NCBI GenBank assembly: GCA_951406725.2
Contig: OX597814.1
Location: 107,322,001 to 107,386,000, forward strand
Direction of reading: 5' to 3'
Length of the DNA stretch: 64,000 bases
Origin: Octopus vulgaris
Taxonomy: Eukaryota
The translations under genes were made by a program, and so were the position numbers. Positions 12,457 to 26,082 of this stretch are shown here, in pieces (position 1 is the stretch's first letter; each line of letters begins with the position of its first letter). Below the pieces are notes generated by a model. That model did not search any database. It was not told the origin of the DNA and was given only the letters and a program-made list of their open reading frames with translations.

Positions 12457-12709
12457 TTAGGTTGGTGCATAATTATTGCGGCTTTTTGTTTCAACAAATT
12501 TTATTCAACAAAAACAACAACAACATTTAGCAAAAATATCTTTAAATGGTTATTCCAACCGGTTGCCAAGCAAATGGGAGGCAGTTATTGAAGTAGATGG
12601 TGAATATGCTCCGGAATAATCATTTAAAGATGTTTTTGTTAAATATTGTTATTGTTTTTGTTGAATAAAATTTATCTTTAAATAAGCCGCAATAATTATG
12701 CACCAACCC
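12457..12709. mobile_element. Mariner-derived MITE with long inverted arms
   Basis: ttaggttggtgcataattattgcggctt / aagccgcaataattatgcaccaacc; arms of about 90 bp; centre encodes a mariner C-terminal remnant RLPSKWEAVIEVDGEY. Confidence 0.85.
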
Positions 12710-13369
12710 GACCTAAGAAGACAGGCGTGAGTGAGGTGGAAGAAGGAGTCACGTGGGTAGTGTTACAGGTCACCAGAGAGCATATAAGTTGGTTCAGGAA
12801 GTCAACAGCTCAGGTAATCATCATCATCGTTTAACGTCCGCTTTCCATGCTAGCATGGGTTGGACGATTTTGACTGAGGGCTGGCGAACCAGATGGCTGC
12901 ACCAGGCTCCAATCTTGATCTGGCAGAGTTTCTACAGCTGGATGCCCTTCCTAAAGTCAACCACTCTGAGAGTGTAGTGGGTGCCTTTTACGTGCCACCA
13001 GCACGGGGGCCAGTCAGGTGGTACTGGCAATGACCTTGCTCAAATCTTTTTACACATGCCTCAGGCACAAGTGCCAGTAAGGCGACGTTGGTAACGATCA
13101 CGCTTGAATGGTGCCCTTTTACATGCCAGCGGCACAGAAGCCAGTTGGCTGCTCTGGCAATGATCACGCTCGAATGGTGCTCTTGGCATCCAACTAGCAC
13201 GGGCACGAGTGCCAGTAAGGCGACGCTGGTAACAATCACACTCGAATGGTGCCTTTTATGTGCCACTTGCACAGAAGCCAGTTAGCCGCTCTGTCAAACG
13301 ATCACACTCATATGGTGCTCTTTGCACCCCGCTAGCACGGATGCCAGTCATTGAATTTGATTTTGATTT

Positions 13370-13670
13370 AAAGACTGTTTTTCATATGGCTGATTGAAGA
13401 GCTTTGAGATCGACCCCACCACCCGGGACATGCAAGCGCAAGACCACCCTGCTTGGCTAAGCTGCAACAAAAGAGGTGCCACCTCCTACGAACAGAGCAG
13501 AGTTGCAGGGGGCACAAAGAAGACACAAACGATACAAGTCCATGGCCAAATCCTTGCTTTCGGTCCCACAAGGGCCTGACCTGCATCGGACCCTTTGTAG
13601 CACGCATTGGATTGATCAAGCACAGCTGGACACATCATGCCCTGTCTTCTCCTTCCATGTGATGATGACC
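13370..13670 (+). mobile_element. RTE (BovB-like) LINE 3' fragment
   Basis: AQDHPAW and F.ARIGLIKHSWTH C-terminal motifs, followed by a gatgat tail. Confidence 0.5.
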
Positions 13671-14282
13671 TTGGTTGTCATTAACAACAGACGGACTATT
13701 ACGGCCTATTAGTGAAGAGGAGGGGATTGTATGTAAAAGAGGGGGGACAGTTATAAGGGGATAGTTGAGCAATAGTGGGAAGGAGGAGTAGAAAGAGGAA
13801 GAAAAATGGGAATTATAGGTAATAAGGAGAACTGGGATACAAAGTGAGCGGAGCAGAGGATGAATAAAAAGAGGAATAGTCACAGATAATGGTAGTTGTC
13901 TGTGTGTGTGTATGTGAAGGCACATGGCCTGTTGGGTAGGGTGTTGCACTCATGTCATTGCACTGTGGTTCGATTCCTTGACTGGGCGGCACATTATGTT
14001 CTTGAGCAAAACACTTCCTTTCACATTCTCTGCAGGTGGGAGATTGGTAGAATTGCTGAACATTGGCCAGAGGTACTTTAAGGCATATCTTCTGGCTCTC
14101 TACATTCTGAGTTCAAATCCCACAAGCCTGGAGAAGGCAACGGGGAAACAACTCCAGTATTCGTCCCAAGTCTTGTCATGATAACCAAAGTTCTAGCAAT
14201 CTCTTTAACAGTGGTAGGAGAGGGTACGGCCCCTCCTTGATTATATAGTGCTGAAGAAGGTTCACATCCACAGGACACCATC

Positions 14283-15050
14283 TTTTATCAATTCAAAATG
14301 AACAATTAAATTACGCCATCTAGAAAATTACATATAATAGAAATATCGAAATTAAAATAATAAAATATCAAGGATTAATTAGTTAATTAGGTATTATATT
14401 ATTTGATATTTAGTCAACTATGTTATAGATTGATATATTAAATCTATAGATACTACACATGTATATTAATTATATAGTTAGCTTATTTAATGAGTTTGTC
14501 TATATTTGAACCATTTCTTATTTTGATTACAATTTAATGACTTGTACTAGCATTGTGTATTTTAATTAATTTTAAAGTATTTAATAATTTAAGTATTGTT
14601 TTAGTCTTCACTTATGTATATTTTCACATATATATATATATATATATATATATTAAAGTATAGTTATCAATTAATTATTTTATTATTCTAGTTTATTTTT
14701 AACCTGATGAGTGGCTATATTTATATCGAAGTGATTTTACTACTACTATAATAATTTCTTAAATATAGCCATGAAACACGTGTCGTTATTCTACTAATTA
14801 TATACATTTTTTTTTTTTGCAATTTACTTAATCATTGATATTTTATTGTTATTTTAATTTTAATATTTATATTATATGTAATTTTCTAGATGGTGTAATT
14901 TAATTGTTCATTTTTAATTGATAAAAGGTGGGGTTTTTTCTAATTTTATATATATATATATATATTATATTGTGTGAAATTTGATTTAGTATCTCTAAAT
15001 TGAATTTTTTTCCTTGTAAGTTTGGATTTATATTCCCTCAAATGATTATT
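14283..15050 (+). mobile_element. Non-coding Penelope-like pseudo-LTR / retrozyme-type insertion with 5' inverted segment
   Basis: 14283-14380 is the reverse complement of about 14827-14927; contains the 14700-14788 hammerhead; the 3' part recurs at about 681-940 and 11022-11287. Confidence 0.6.
14700..14788 (+). ncRNA. Minimal type I hammerhead ribozyme, intact core
   Basis: taac-CTGATGA-g-tggctatattta...taaatatagcca-t-GAAA-cacgtg-TC-gtta. Perfect 12-bp stem II, palindromic stem III ACACGTGT, 4-bp stem I, predicted GUC cleavage after 14784. Confidence 0.85.
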
Positions 15051-15065
15051 ATTATTATATAAATA

Positions 15066-15099
<34 letters not shown>

Positions 15100-15429
15100 G
15101 CTCTGTCTGGCCCCCGTGTTGGTGGTACGTAAAAGCACCATCCGTTCGTGTCCGTTGCCAGCCTCACCTGGCCCCGTGCCGGTGACACGTAAAAGCACCA
15201 TCCGTTCGTGGCCGTTTGCCAGCTCTGTCTGGCACCTGTGCGGGTGGCACGTAAAAAGCACCCACTACACTCATGGAGTGGTTGGCGTTAGGAAGGGCAT
15301 CCAGCCGTAGAAACACTGCCAGATCTGACTGGGCCTGATGAAGCCTTCCAGCTTCACAGACCCCAGTTGAACCGTCCAACCCATGCCAGCATGGAGAACG
15401 GACGCTAAATGATGATGATGATGATGATG

Positions 15430-15462
<33 letters not shown>

Positions 15463-15995
15463 AAAAATAACTGAAGAGGTGAGTAGTTGTAAGAGAGATA
15501 CAATGAGCAAAGTATTTAGTCTAGTATTTGACTAGTGTCACTGTGACCTTAAGAGTGAGTTGGTGAACTTAAGGAGGAGGAAAGGGAGGAGCAGGAGGGG
15601 TGTGTGCATACATTCTGTAGGTTCAGTGTAGCAGACTCTACAACAGTAGAGGAGACTGCTGAGGTAAGGTGAGGTGAGGGAAGGATATAAGTAGGGGAAA
15701 GGACAATAGAAAGTGGAAACAAAATACCGTGGAGAGGGTGAGTATTGGTAAACATCTGTTTTTGGATATGAATTTCAGTGTTATTATGACATAAGTTGTC
15801 AGTTTGTTATTTTTAACGTTATTGTAACATGAGATCTCTGTTTGTACAGTAATAATCCGCAATGAATGATTATAGCAACAACAACAACAACAATAACAAT
15901 ATTAATAATAATAATAATAACATGAACTTGTCTTGAGGTCTCTGGGTGAGACTTGGAGCCAACTTGTACAAATGCAAAGCAAAAGTCAAACATAA

Positions 15996-16500
<505 letters not shown>

Positions 16501-16540
16501 TAATAATAATAATAATAAATAATAATAATAATAATAATAA

Positions 16541-16591
<51 letters not shown>

Positions 16592-18474
16592 CTGCAATGA
16601 TTATAGCAATAAATATAACTCCTGGGTTTCAGAATTCAATGCCGTTAAGGAAATATAGAGTATGGCCACTAATAGCGGACTACAGCTTCTAATTTCCTCT
16701 TATAGACAATCAGGTAAATTTTAACGATTTTAAAAATTATGATATATTCTGGAAAATAATTTTTTGTTCTTATTTGGAAATTGTAAATATTAGAAATGGA
16801 TTTTTGCCTGTTGCTGTCTTTACGTCAATTCTTGTTTATCGTGACTGCTGTGTGGATTTTTATCTGTCATTGTGAAAACTCTTGTTAAGCACTTTTATGT
16901 GGATTATTAATTATGGATGTTGCTGGGTGAATTGCTAAATAAAGCTGTTTATCATCATCATCATCATCGTTTAACGTCCGTTTTCCATGCTGGCATGGGG
17001 TGGACGGTTCAACCGGGGTCTGGGAAGCTAGGAGGCTGCACCAGGCTCCAGTCTGATCTGGCAGTGTTTCTACGGCTGGATGCCCTTCCTAATGCCAACC
17101 ACTCCGTGAGTGTAGTGGATACTTTTTACGTGCCACCGGCACAGGTGCCAGGGGAGGCTGGCAATGGCCACAATCGGATTGGTGCTTTTTACATGCCACC
17201 GGCACGGAGGCCAGTCGAGCCAGTTATCATGGAGAGGATCCATGTGAATTCCATCACCGTATGATCACTGCTGTCATGTGGAGTCTTGTCTGTCACTGTT
17301 GCCGTGTAGACTTTTCTTGTACAATCGACATGGCAATCCCCCACACCCTGCTGAAGGCCTCCCTCCTGGTTTAGAAGCACCATGGATTCTGTGCAAGGCA
17401 CTTAACCACCTGAGGACAAGGACAGGTTGATCAAAAGTTGTTTTGGTCAGATGAGGGCTACATGACTGGCCCAACCACCTATGAATGTGGAGGAGTAGGC
17501 CATGCTAATGGAACATTGCCTTCTACTACCAAACACCTACAGCACAAAAGACTTTGCAGAGTTCAGCAAAAATGCAAAGAACTGTGCAAAGAGATGTGAA
17601 ATTATCCTTTAACCATTATACTTCAAAGAATCGAAAGAAGACTAGAAATTTCCAGTTCACATCATCAGAAACAGGCCACAGCTGTTGATTAGCTCAGAGT
17701 TAACCTTGATTGAACAGCTTGATAATTAAGGGCTTTCCAGCCATGACTATCATGTTCATAATTCAAACATATTGTATCTTGGACAAACAGGTTAGACGAA
17801 GGTTGTTTTGTTGTGTTTTTATCTTTTATTCAAGAGGGAAGGTCATGCTCAAAACCCTTGATGGGGCCTCTGATGTTGGCACTAGAGAGGTAGGGGAGAA
17901 AGAGAAAGTGTATCTTTAGATAGGGGGCCCTGGCCTCAATACTTGTTACAGAACCAAGAACCAGGTGATGGTGTTGAATGAAGTGAGGGATTAAGACCCA
18001 CACCCAAGTAGACCCATACTGGGATTTGAACTCTAAATGTAAGGAGTAAGAACAGATACTTTAAGGTGTATTACCTGACCCCCTTTCATTCCCTTGCCCT
18101 TAAATTAATACCTTATTTTTCAACCTCAGAAATACAAAAGTTAGGGGTAACAGCATTGCTTTCACCAGGCTTCTCAGAAACAAGGAGTAGAAGTAAAAGT
18201 AGAACGACCTCTGGTGGTTTCTTTGATGGGCATTTGATAGTAGTATGATCAACTGAGTTACCTTCCCATAGAATTAGCATATATGTGGTTGAGTATTCCA
18301 TGGACACGTGCCGTTAACATAAACTTCAGACAGAATCAGAAAGACAAAGCATGGGTGTAGGAAGGTATCTTTCAAATTCTTTCCCAAGGCTTCCACACAG
18401 TTTCTATCCACTCCATTTCACTATAAATACTTGAACTGATCTAAAAAAAATGGTAAAAGATGTTTACCCAAGAT

Positions 18475-19043
18475 CAGGGCCATCTTAATAGTATCATAGC
18501 CCCACTTCCTTCCAGAAACCAATGCACTGGACAGAGCTGGATTAAGACCCATACAGGCCCTAAGCACTTACAAGATTTTGGTACCCCCTATATATATATA
18601 TGTAATTCAAAATACAAACAATAATAAACCATAAAATAAATTTTTATTTTTCAAAATAAAACAAAACCAACAGAAAGATGGAAAATAATGTTTATTTTTG
18701 TATAATTCCATTTTATATTTGGAAAGTTTTCTTCTTTTTTCAATTGCAAATTCTTTGACCAGATCCTCACTGTGACACCATGAACACTTTAAAATTATAT
18801 TCTTCATCATAGACATTGCTTCAAATATTGTTAGCAAGTTTAAAGTGATTTCTTTTGTGCTGTAAGCCATTTACCATTTCTGTGGTGACCCCCTTCCCTT
18901 CATGCCCTAAGCACGTGCATCTTTTGCTTAATTCAGCACTGCATTTAGGATTAATTTATTGACAGCAAGCCACAGAATACATTGATCAGAATTGTAGCCC
19001 TAGAGCAGCTGTCCAATGTGCCCATACCTTCAAGAGGGCCCTG
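18475..19043. mobile_element. Nested hAT-type MITEs
   Basis: Outer cagggcc...ggccctg with an imperfect 8-bp TSD (cccaagat/tccaagaa); inner cagagctggattaag (18532)...cttaattcagcactg (18940). Confidence 0.6.
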
Positions 19044-20637
19044 TCCAAGAAGCAACACAATGGAATTGAATCCAAAACCTTGTAAGGCGGCAAGCTGGGA
19101 GAAATGTTAGCACTCTGGATGAAGTGCTTAACGGTATTTCACCCATCATTATGTTCTGAGTTTAAAATCCGCTGAGGTTGACTTTGCCTTCCATCTTTTC
19201 AGGGTCAATAAATTAAGTACCAGTTGCATGCTGGGGATCAATGAAATTGACTGGCCCCTCCACAAAAATTTCAGGCCTTGTGCCCATAGTAGAAAGGAAT
19301 CCAAAACCCTGTGATTTCAAAGTAAACTTCTTAATCATTCTGTCACTCTGCATCCACAGAAGCAAGGAAGAATTACAATGGAAGTAAGTAACCTGCCTCA
19401 AACAGATAACACAAAATTTGTGGAGGTTTTGAATTCAAAGTATGAAGTGGGTAACTTGATGCTGTATCTCCTCAGCTATTTCACCCCTACAGCTCGGATA
19501 CATTGCAATCAACATCACTATTTTAACATTCACATTTCAATGTTTGCATGGGTCAGGGGGGAATTTGTTAAGGCAGACTTCATATGACTGGGTGTCCTTC
19601 CTGTCACCAACCCTCACCTGTTTCCAAGTAAGGCAGTATTTCCCCCCATGACCAGACATGCATCTCAGGAAAGATTGGAAACAACACCACTTGTATGACA
19701 GTGATGCTCGTTCACGGCTATCACATAACATCAAGACAAGGCTATATGCACACATAGGGTGACCCCTTCAGTCCTGAATGACCATGGGATTGCACCTAGA
19801 AAGTTACCCTCTGAGGCACAAGTCCAGGCAAAGTTGTTTATGGAAGACCAGCATTTGCCCATGCGTACCAGCCTCCCACCTGCACGCCACTGATGTTATC
19901 CAAGGGAAAAGCAGAGTCCCATGCAGTTTGGCATCAATGACATTACAACTCACTTCTACAGCTGAGTGAACTGGATCAACATGAAATAAAGAGTCTTGCT
20001 CAAGAACACAACACATGGCCTGGTCCAGGAATCGAACTCACAACCACACGATATATATCATTTAATGTACACAGTATAAAGGTATAAACTGCTGCTAGTT
20101 TCTTGCTGTGAAGACACTTGGCTAGGCAGGTTTTAGAGTGTGCCTTGCCTCCAAGCAGTCTTCAGGCTCTGAGCACATGATCTGTTCTATTTGAAAATCA
20201 AGACAATGGTACCTGAGAAACCATGGGTAAAACAATGAGAGAAAAACAAAAAGGTTGATACAAAAAGTAGAAGCGTGAATAAAAACGGAAAAAGAAATGA
20301 AAGAGAATTAGAGTTATGTCCCCTTTGAAACTAATTGTTGCCGAATTATTCAACGTAGAGGGGCCCAAAGTCTGTAAGATATCTATGAAATCCACTTTCA
20401 AGTCATTGCTCAGCCCAGGGCTATAGAAGAACACATCCAACATGTGGATATTGTACAGCAGGATATTGTATTATATGGATTCAGCCTGAGAATTGTATTA
20501 AGGATATATGTGTGTGTTCTGGAATACTCAACCACTTACATGTAAATTCCGTGGGTAGAAATTCAGATTACTCATCTTTTAAACCAACAAAGAATCCCTC
20601 ACCGACCACCAAGCCTAACAAGCATAGTGAAAGAAAT

Positions 20638-20680
20638 ACTTGACTGAAGAGGTCGAATAAGACCAAAACATGTCTGCAGT
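20638..20680 (+). ncRNA. Degenerate minimal hammerhead ribozyme
   Basis: CTGAAGA-ggtc-gaataa-gacc-AAAA(G12>A)-catg-TC. 4-bp stem II, palindromic ACATGT, stem I eroded. Confidence 0.55.
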
Positions 20681-23600
20681 TATCTCCCAGCCCTAAAGCT
20701 AATATTTTCATCCCCTCATCACATACATGAATCTAATTTAAATTCCAGAGTGGTCAATCACTTTGCCTTGATTGCATTTAACTCTCATAAAGTCATTAAG
20801 CATTTGTTTCTAATTGAGTCAGCTAAGTTTGTTCTTTTTTTTCTCTACAACACTAATCTTAAACCAATTAAATATGTTCTTTTGCCTATTCATACATTAT
20901 TATTATTATTATATCAGCACTCGCTCGACTGTGACATTTACTTCCAAAGTGTCCCAGATTTACTAACCAGCTTGATATTAACAGAAATAATGGCACAAAA
21001 ATGTGTCATTATATTCGCCTTTGTATCTTCATTCTTAGTTTGCCTCCTGTGAAACAAACTGTTCCATTGTTGTTCCACTCACAAGAGAATTTCAGACTGA
21101 AACCATCCCAACCATGACTTCCCTGTCATTTTAAACATTTGTAAAACTACATTACTTGATGTGTGGTTTTCTTTCTGAAAATAACAAGATGTAATTTGAG
21201 CAAAATTCGTAATTTCTAGCAGTTTGAATGACCACAGAAAAACTCTCTCAGTTTGAAAAATCTGTTATCAGGTCAGGTAAGACAAATTTATTTCTTCACC
21301 ATTAAGTTTTAATTATAAATCTCATATTTCATTAATGAATCTAGATAAGTGTTACTGCCTAACCCCAGTCCAATAACTGGATTTGTGAGGGATGTTTGGT
21401 TGTGGTATTTAACAAGGTGAGCTACCGGTGGTTCTCAACCATTTTCCTTTCTGACCCCTTTGTTTCCCGTTTTTACTTTACTGGACCCTCAGAGCCATTC
21501 GATTTTTTACCTTTCACTTGTTTCAGTCATTAGACAGTGGCCATGCTGGGGCACTGCCTCAAACAACTTTTTTTAGTCAAATGAATTTGATCCCTGGACT
21601 TATTTTTATTAAACCTGGTCTGTTTAGTTAAATTGCTGGGGTCTGTTTGGTTGAAGTTATGGTGGCATAAACAGACCAACACTGGTGGTGGTGGGCAAGT
21701 ACATCCACATCCACCAACCCCCCATATATATATACGATGGGCTTCTTTCAGTTTCCATCGACCAAATCCACTCACAAGGATTTAGTCAGCCTGAGGCAGT
21801 AGTAGAAGACACTTTCTCAAGATGCCACGCAGTGGGACTGAACCTGGAACTATGTGGTTGGGGAACAAGCTTCTTACTACATGACCACACCAGCGTCTAT
21901 GATTAAAATATTAGGAACGAGTCTCCAATGTCCAGACGATCTTCATTCTGTACAAATATTTTTACTTCGTGTATGTGTGTGAGTGTGCATGTATGTGTGG
22001 GCGTGCGTGGTTGAGTGTGTGAATGTGTGTACGTGTATATGTTTGTTATTGTATGTTTTTTTATTGCGTGTAATGGGGTTGTTCTTAACTCACGTATCTG
22101 TGTGCTCGCATGTATGTGTGTGTGTGTGTGGCCTGGATTCAACGTTCGATATTTCTTTATCTTCTCACATTAAAACGGTGACAGGGCAACCCTGACAAAT
22201 CAAAACCTCACCACACCTTATACAATAGCCAAACATCACTACAATATTTCCTCTACCCAACTGAAAATAAGAACCACATGTAGGAACCCCTAAAATTCGG
22301 TGCAACACGAAGTAGCAGAGATGTGGATAGTTTTGGAAGAAGAACGTGAATCACACGATGCAATTCGACCAGGAAAAACAAATAGTTATTACTGCACAGA
22401 ATACAGCACAAAAACCTCCCGTATTTTATTTGGCTATTGTTGTGGTACTATAGAAATTAAACAGGTGATAATGGGATCTTTGTGCAGCTAATGTTTTGCC
22501 GTTTATTTATTTGTGGGATTTGAGTTTCTATTTTGGTTTGTTACTGAATAGTTTGTCAATCTGTAAAAGGTGGGAACGTTTTTGTTTTGCAACTTGCTGT
22601 TTGGAAAGAAATTTGAATAGAGGGAAACTGCTCAGGGTATGGGATCCTGAGATGAAAAGAGAGAACAAATATTTGTGTCTTGCAAGTCTGAAGGAAGGAA
22701 GTGGTGATTAATGGTCAAGATGTGAGGACGTTTGACAACTTCATATTTCCTTTGTCAAGTTTGACACATATATGGATATAAATTTATCAAAACATCCATT
22801 CGTCAGGAAAAGACAAGCGCTGGTGTGTTAGTTAACAAAAGTAAATTATTATTATTGTTAATAAATACAATATTGTCTTATAAAAGCCAATAGACGTGTG
22901 TGTGTGTAATCACACAGATGCACGCATTTATACACAATCATGCACGCACCCCGCGGTCGAATCATAAACACAACTGTTGACAATTTTTGTTTTTGAAAAA
23001 CAAATATTCGAAAGACTGCATGAACGAAATAATGAATGAAAAATATACTTTTGGCAGTGTGTGTGTGTGTGTGTGTGTGTATACACATATATTTATGTGT
23101 ATACGTACATATGTATGTATGTATCGCTAGCTGGATAGATGGATAGTCTCAATTGTGAATTGTTCCTGATCAGGAAGACCTGAGATTAATCGTGACCATC
23201 TCCACTCCAATCGTGACAATCCCATCTTATTCTCAGCATATTTTAAACAGCTGTTCCCAACCTAACAAACTCTGATTTAAGTTTGGGGTTGCGTGCGGTA
23301 TTGCAGTATAATAAGGATCGCGAAGATAGAAACTTTCCCTTTTAGAATGAAGGCCACAACACAACTCTCACAAAAACTCGAGAATATTTCCCCCGGGGGC
23401 CTGTTGTGCTTTTCTTGTAAAGAGGGTCTCTTATCGAGATCTTCATGATCCAATGTACCTGGTTGTCATCAATCGTTGTTTAGCCCCAAGTCAGTCAGTC
23501 CTAATCGAGCAGACTTAGGCTCAAAGACATTCCAGTGCTGACCATTCCGTCCAATATGGGTAATTAGACCCGAATTACGTCTTTTTTTAAGATGATAGAA

Positions 23601-23992
23601 TGTAGTATGAGAGAGATTTAGCAGCTGTTTCTAACAGGTCGAAGGACCACGTAAATGCGACTCCCTTGTTTGGTGATCTTTCTAAATTTATACTAAATCT
23701 CGCCAGTTTGTTCCAATTAACGACAATAATTATTTTCATCTTAATGAATTCAACGAAAAGTTCTTTTCATTTTAGTTTTAATTTACTTAACTCCATCTCG
23801 TAAATCTTTATCTCTTTTATTCTTGTTTCAATTTATTCGTATCGAGTTTTTTCTACTGACGAGACAAAAACTTATCTGGAAATTGCCAAATAAGAGAAAA
23901 CGGCGAACTTCTCCTCCACCACCCTCATCTTTTGGCTATTTTATTGATTTCCATATATCTAATCGATGTTTAAAGAAAAATAATATACAGAC

Positions 23993-24046
23993 CTTGGCAA
24001 TGCAGAAGGCAACAGCCAAAACTGCGAGGATTTCTTGAAAAGTCAT
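23993..24046 (-). CDS. PPIB: Cyclophilin B-like PPIase, coding exon 1 (signal peptide MTFQEILAVLAVAFCIAK)
   Basis: ATG at 24046, 18 codons with a hydrophobic core, AAG|gtctgt donor in phase 0. Joins in frame to exon 2 (AGETTVSK), giving a plausible A-K-A cleavage site. Implies a 13.9 kb intron. Confidence 0.8.
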
Positions 24047-24065
24047 CTTCGAATGTGGGAAGAAG

Positions 24066-24160
24066 CTGCAGAAATAAAACGATGCGGTGGTGTTCTTGTT
24101 AGAGGCTGAGAGATGACTGATGCCAAATTCAGCTCTAAGTAGTGGCTACGAAAAGCCTAC
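24066..24160 (-). other. Candidate 95-nt 5' UTR intron of the cyclophilin gene
   Basis: Minus strand: gg|gtaggc donor at 24160, ctctaac branch-point-like motif, ttttatttctgcag acceptor about 20 nt before the ATG. Confidence 0.5.
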
Positions 24161-24239
24161 CCCCACATCCGAAGATGAAGATGAAGGAAGAGGAGAAAAA
24201 AAGGCAGGAAACGAAAAAAATATACAAACAAATTCTTTA

Positions 24240-24410
24240 ATAAGTCAACTTCGGCAACGTGGCAGTTGCGTCCATTTTAACAAATTCGCCCCTTCCGGAA
24301 TTTCTGCTTCTTTGGGTTGTGAAGGTCGCCGCTCTGGGCAAACACGAAGACGGAATCTTCTACAGTTTTATGACCTTTTTGCCGTTTTTCACGTAGAGCA
24401 GAGCGCACCT

Positions 24411-24444
<34 letters not shown>

Positions 24445-24540
24445 GGTACTACTAGCGAACAGTGGTCCCGGTGCGCGCACACGCGTAGTCGCGCATCCGC
24501 GCTAGCTAGTCGTGACTAGTTGATCCTACAACGATTACCT
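24240..24540 (-). promoter_or_regulatory. Probable promoter region of the cyclophilin gene
   Basis: CpG-rich patch in an otherwise CpG-poor window, directly upstream of exon 1 and the candidate UTR exon. Confidence 0.4.
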
Positions 24541-24713
24541 AGCAAAGTAAATAAAACACAAAATAAATAATTTTTTTACACAAAGTAAATAATTTTTGTT
24601 AAACAAAGTATATAAAAAGCCCAAAGTAAATAATTTTTTAAACAAAGTAAATAACACACAAAAACACAAAGTAAGGATCGACTAGTCATGACTAGCTGTT
24701 CTCAAGTAGCACC
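24445..24713. mobile_element. PIF/Harbinger (Tourist-like) MITE
   Basis: tta|ggtactactagcgaacag ... ctgttctcaagtagcacc|tta; second inner inverted repeat 24504-24527 / 24674-24697; internal acaaagtaaataa repeats. Confidence 0.65.
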
Positions 24714-25454
24714 TTATTATTATTGTTGTTGTTTTGGGTCCTTGTGGCCAATAAAACAAATATAATCATCATCATTATTTATATTATTGTTGTTGTTGTT
24801 GTTTTCAATCTGTCGTTTTATTAAAAAGTTTATGCGTGTGTTTGCATGTGTATATGTGTCCATAAGTATACCCATCTATGTGTGTGTGTGTGTGTGTGTA
24901 CGTGTGCGTACATTCACGTATATACACACGCACTTATATCTCATCGTTTCACATCTATTTTCTGTGCTGGCATGGGTTAGATGACACATACACACACACA
25001 CGTGTCTGTGTGTATGTATATATGTGTGTGTGTGCATATATGTGGGATCTTTTCCTTTTGAATGGCACTTTGTAACATAATTTCTAGGTAATTTCTATGT
25101 GTGTGTGTATGTATATATATGATGCCCCAGCATGGCCGCGGCCTTCGAGCTAAAACATTTTTAAGGTATTAAGGATATATTATATATATATATGCATGAG
25201 TCTATATGAATATAATATACTAATTTAATGAACATATATGTGTGTCTATGTAGATGTGTGTGCGTGTGTGTAGATAAATCTATACACATAGACATATATA
25301 TATTACACTATTAGTGTTCTGCTGTCTCAGCAGAAAGCAAGAATTTACGACACCAACGACTAACTCTCTGGAGTTTCTTATTACATTCCGCATACGTGTT
25401 ACAAAGTTTAGCCTCCCGCCATAACGGAAATATATATATGTGTGCGTGTATAAA

Positions 25455-25456
25455 TG

Positions 25457-25519
<63 letters not shown>

Positions 25520-26046
25520 TGTGTGAGGGAGAGAGAGAGTGTGTGTGAGGGAGAGAGAGAGAGAGTGTGTGTGTGAGAGAGAGAGAGAGTGTGTGTGTGA
25601 GGGAGAGAGAGAGTGTGTGTGTGTGTGAGGGAGAGAGAGAGAGTTATGTGTAATAATAAAGAAATAGAATTTCACCTACGTAACAATAATTTAATTCTAT
25701 TCTCAATGACTCGGCATTTTAAATTGCTTTGAAGCGTAAGGAAAAGAAGCGGAGGGAAAAAAACTTTTCTGTGTAATACAACTCTATCTCTCTCTCCCTC
25801 ACTCACTCATTTCCTCTTTTTTCTTGTCTCTCGGCCTCTCTGTGTCTCTTTCTTTCTCTCACTCTCTCTAGACTCATCAAAAGACTCGCGAGGCCTAAAT
25901 CCTCCTCTAATTAAGATCTTCGTCTTCTTTCCGGCCAGCATTGCACCACCTGTTTACCAGACGTAGCTGGCTAGCCCTAGCTCTCTCTCTCTCTCTCTCT
26001 CTCTCCCTCTCTCTCTCATCCTCTCTCTCTCTCTCTCTCTCTCATC

Positions 26047-26082
<36 letters not shown>

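Noticed and set aside
17645-17672. Minus-strand CTGATGA...GAAA
   Set aside because: No credible stem I, stem II or palindromic stem III; likely chance.
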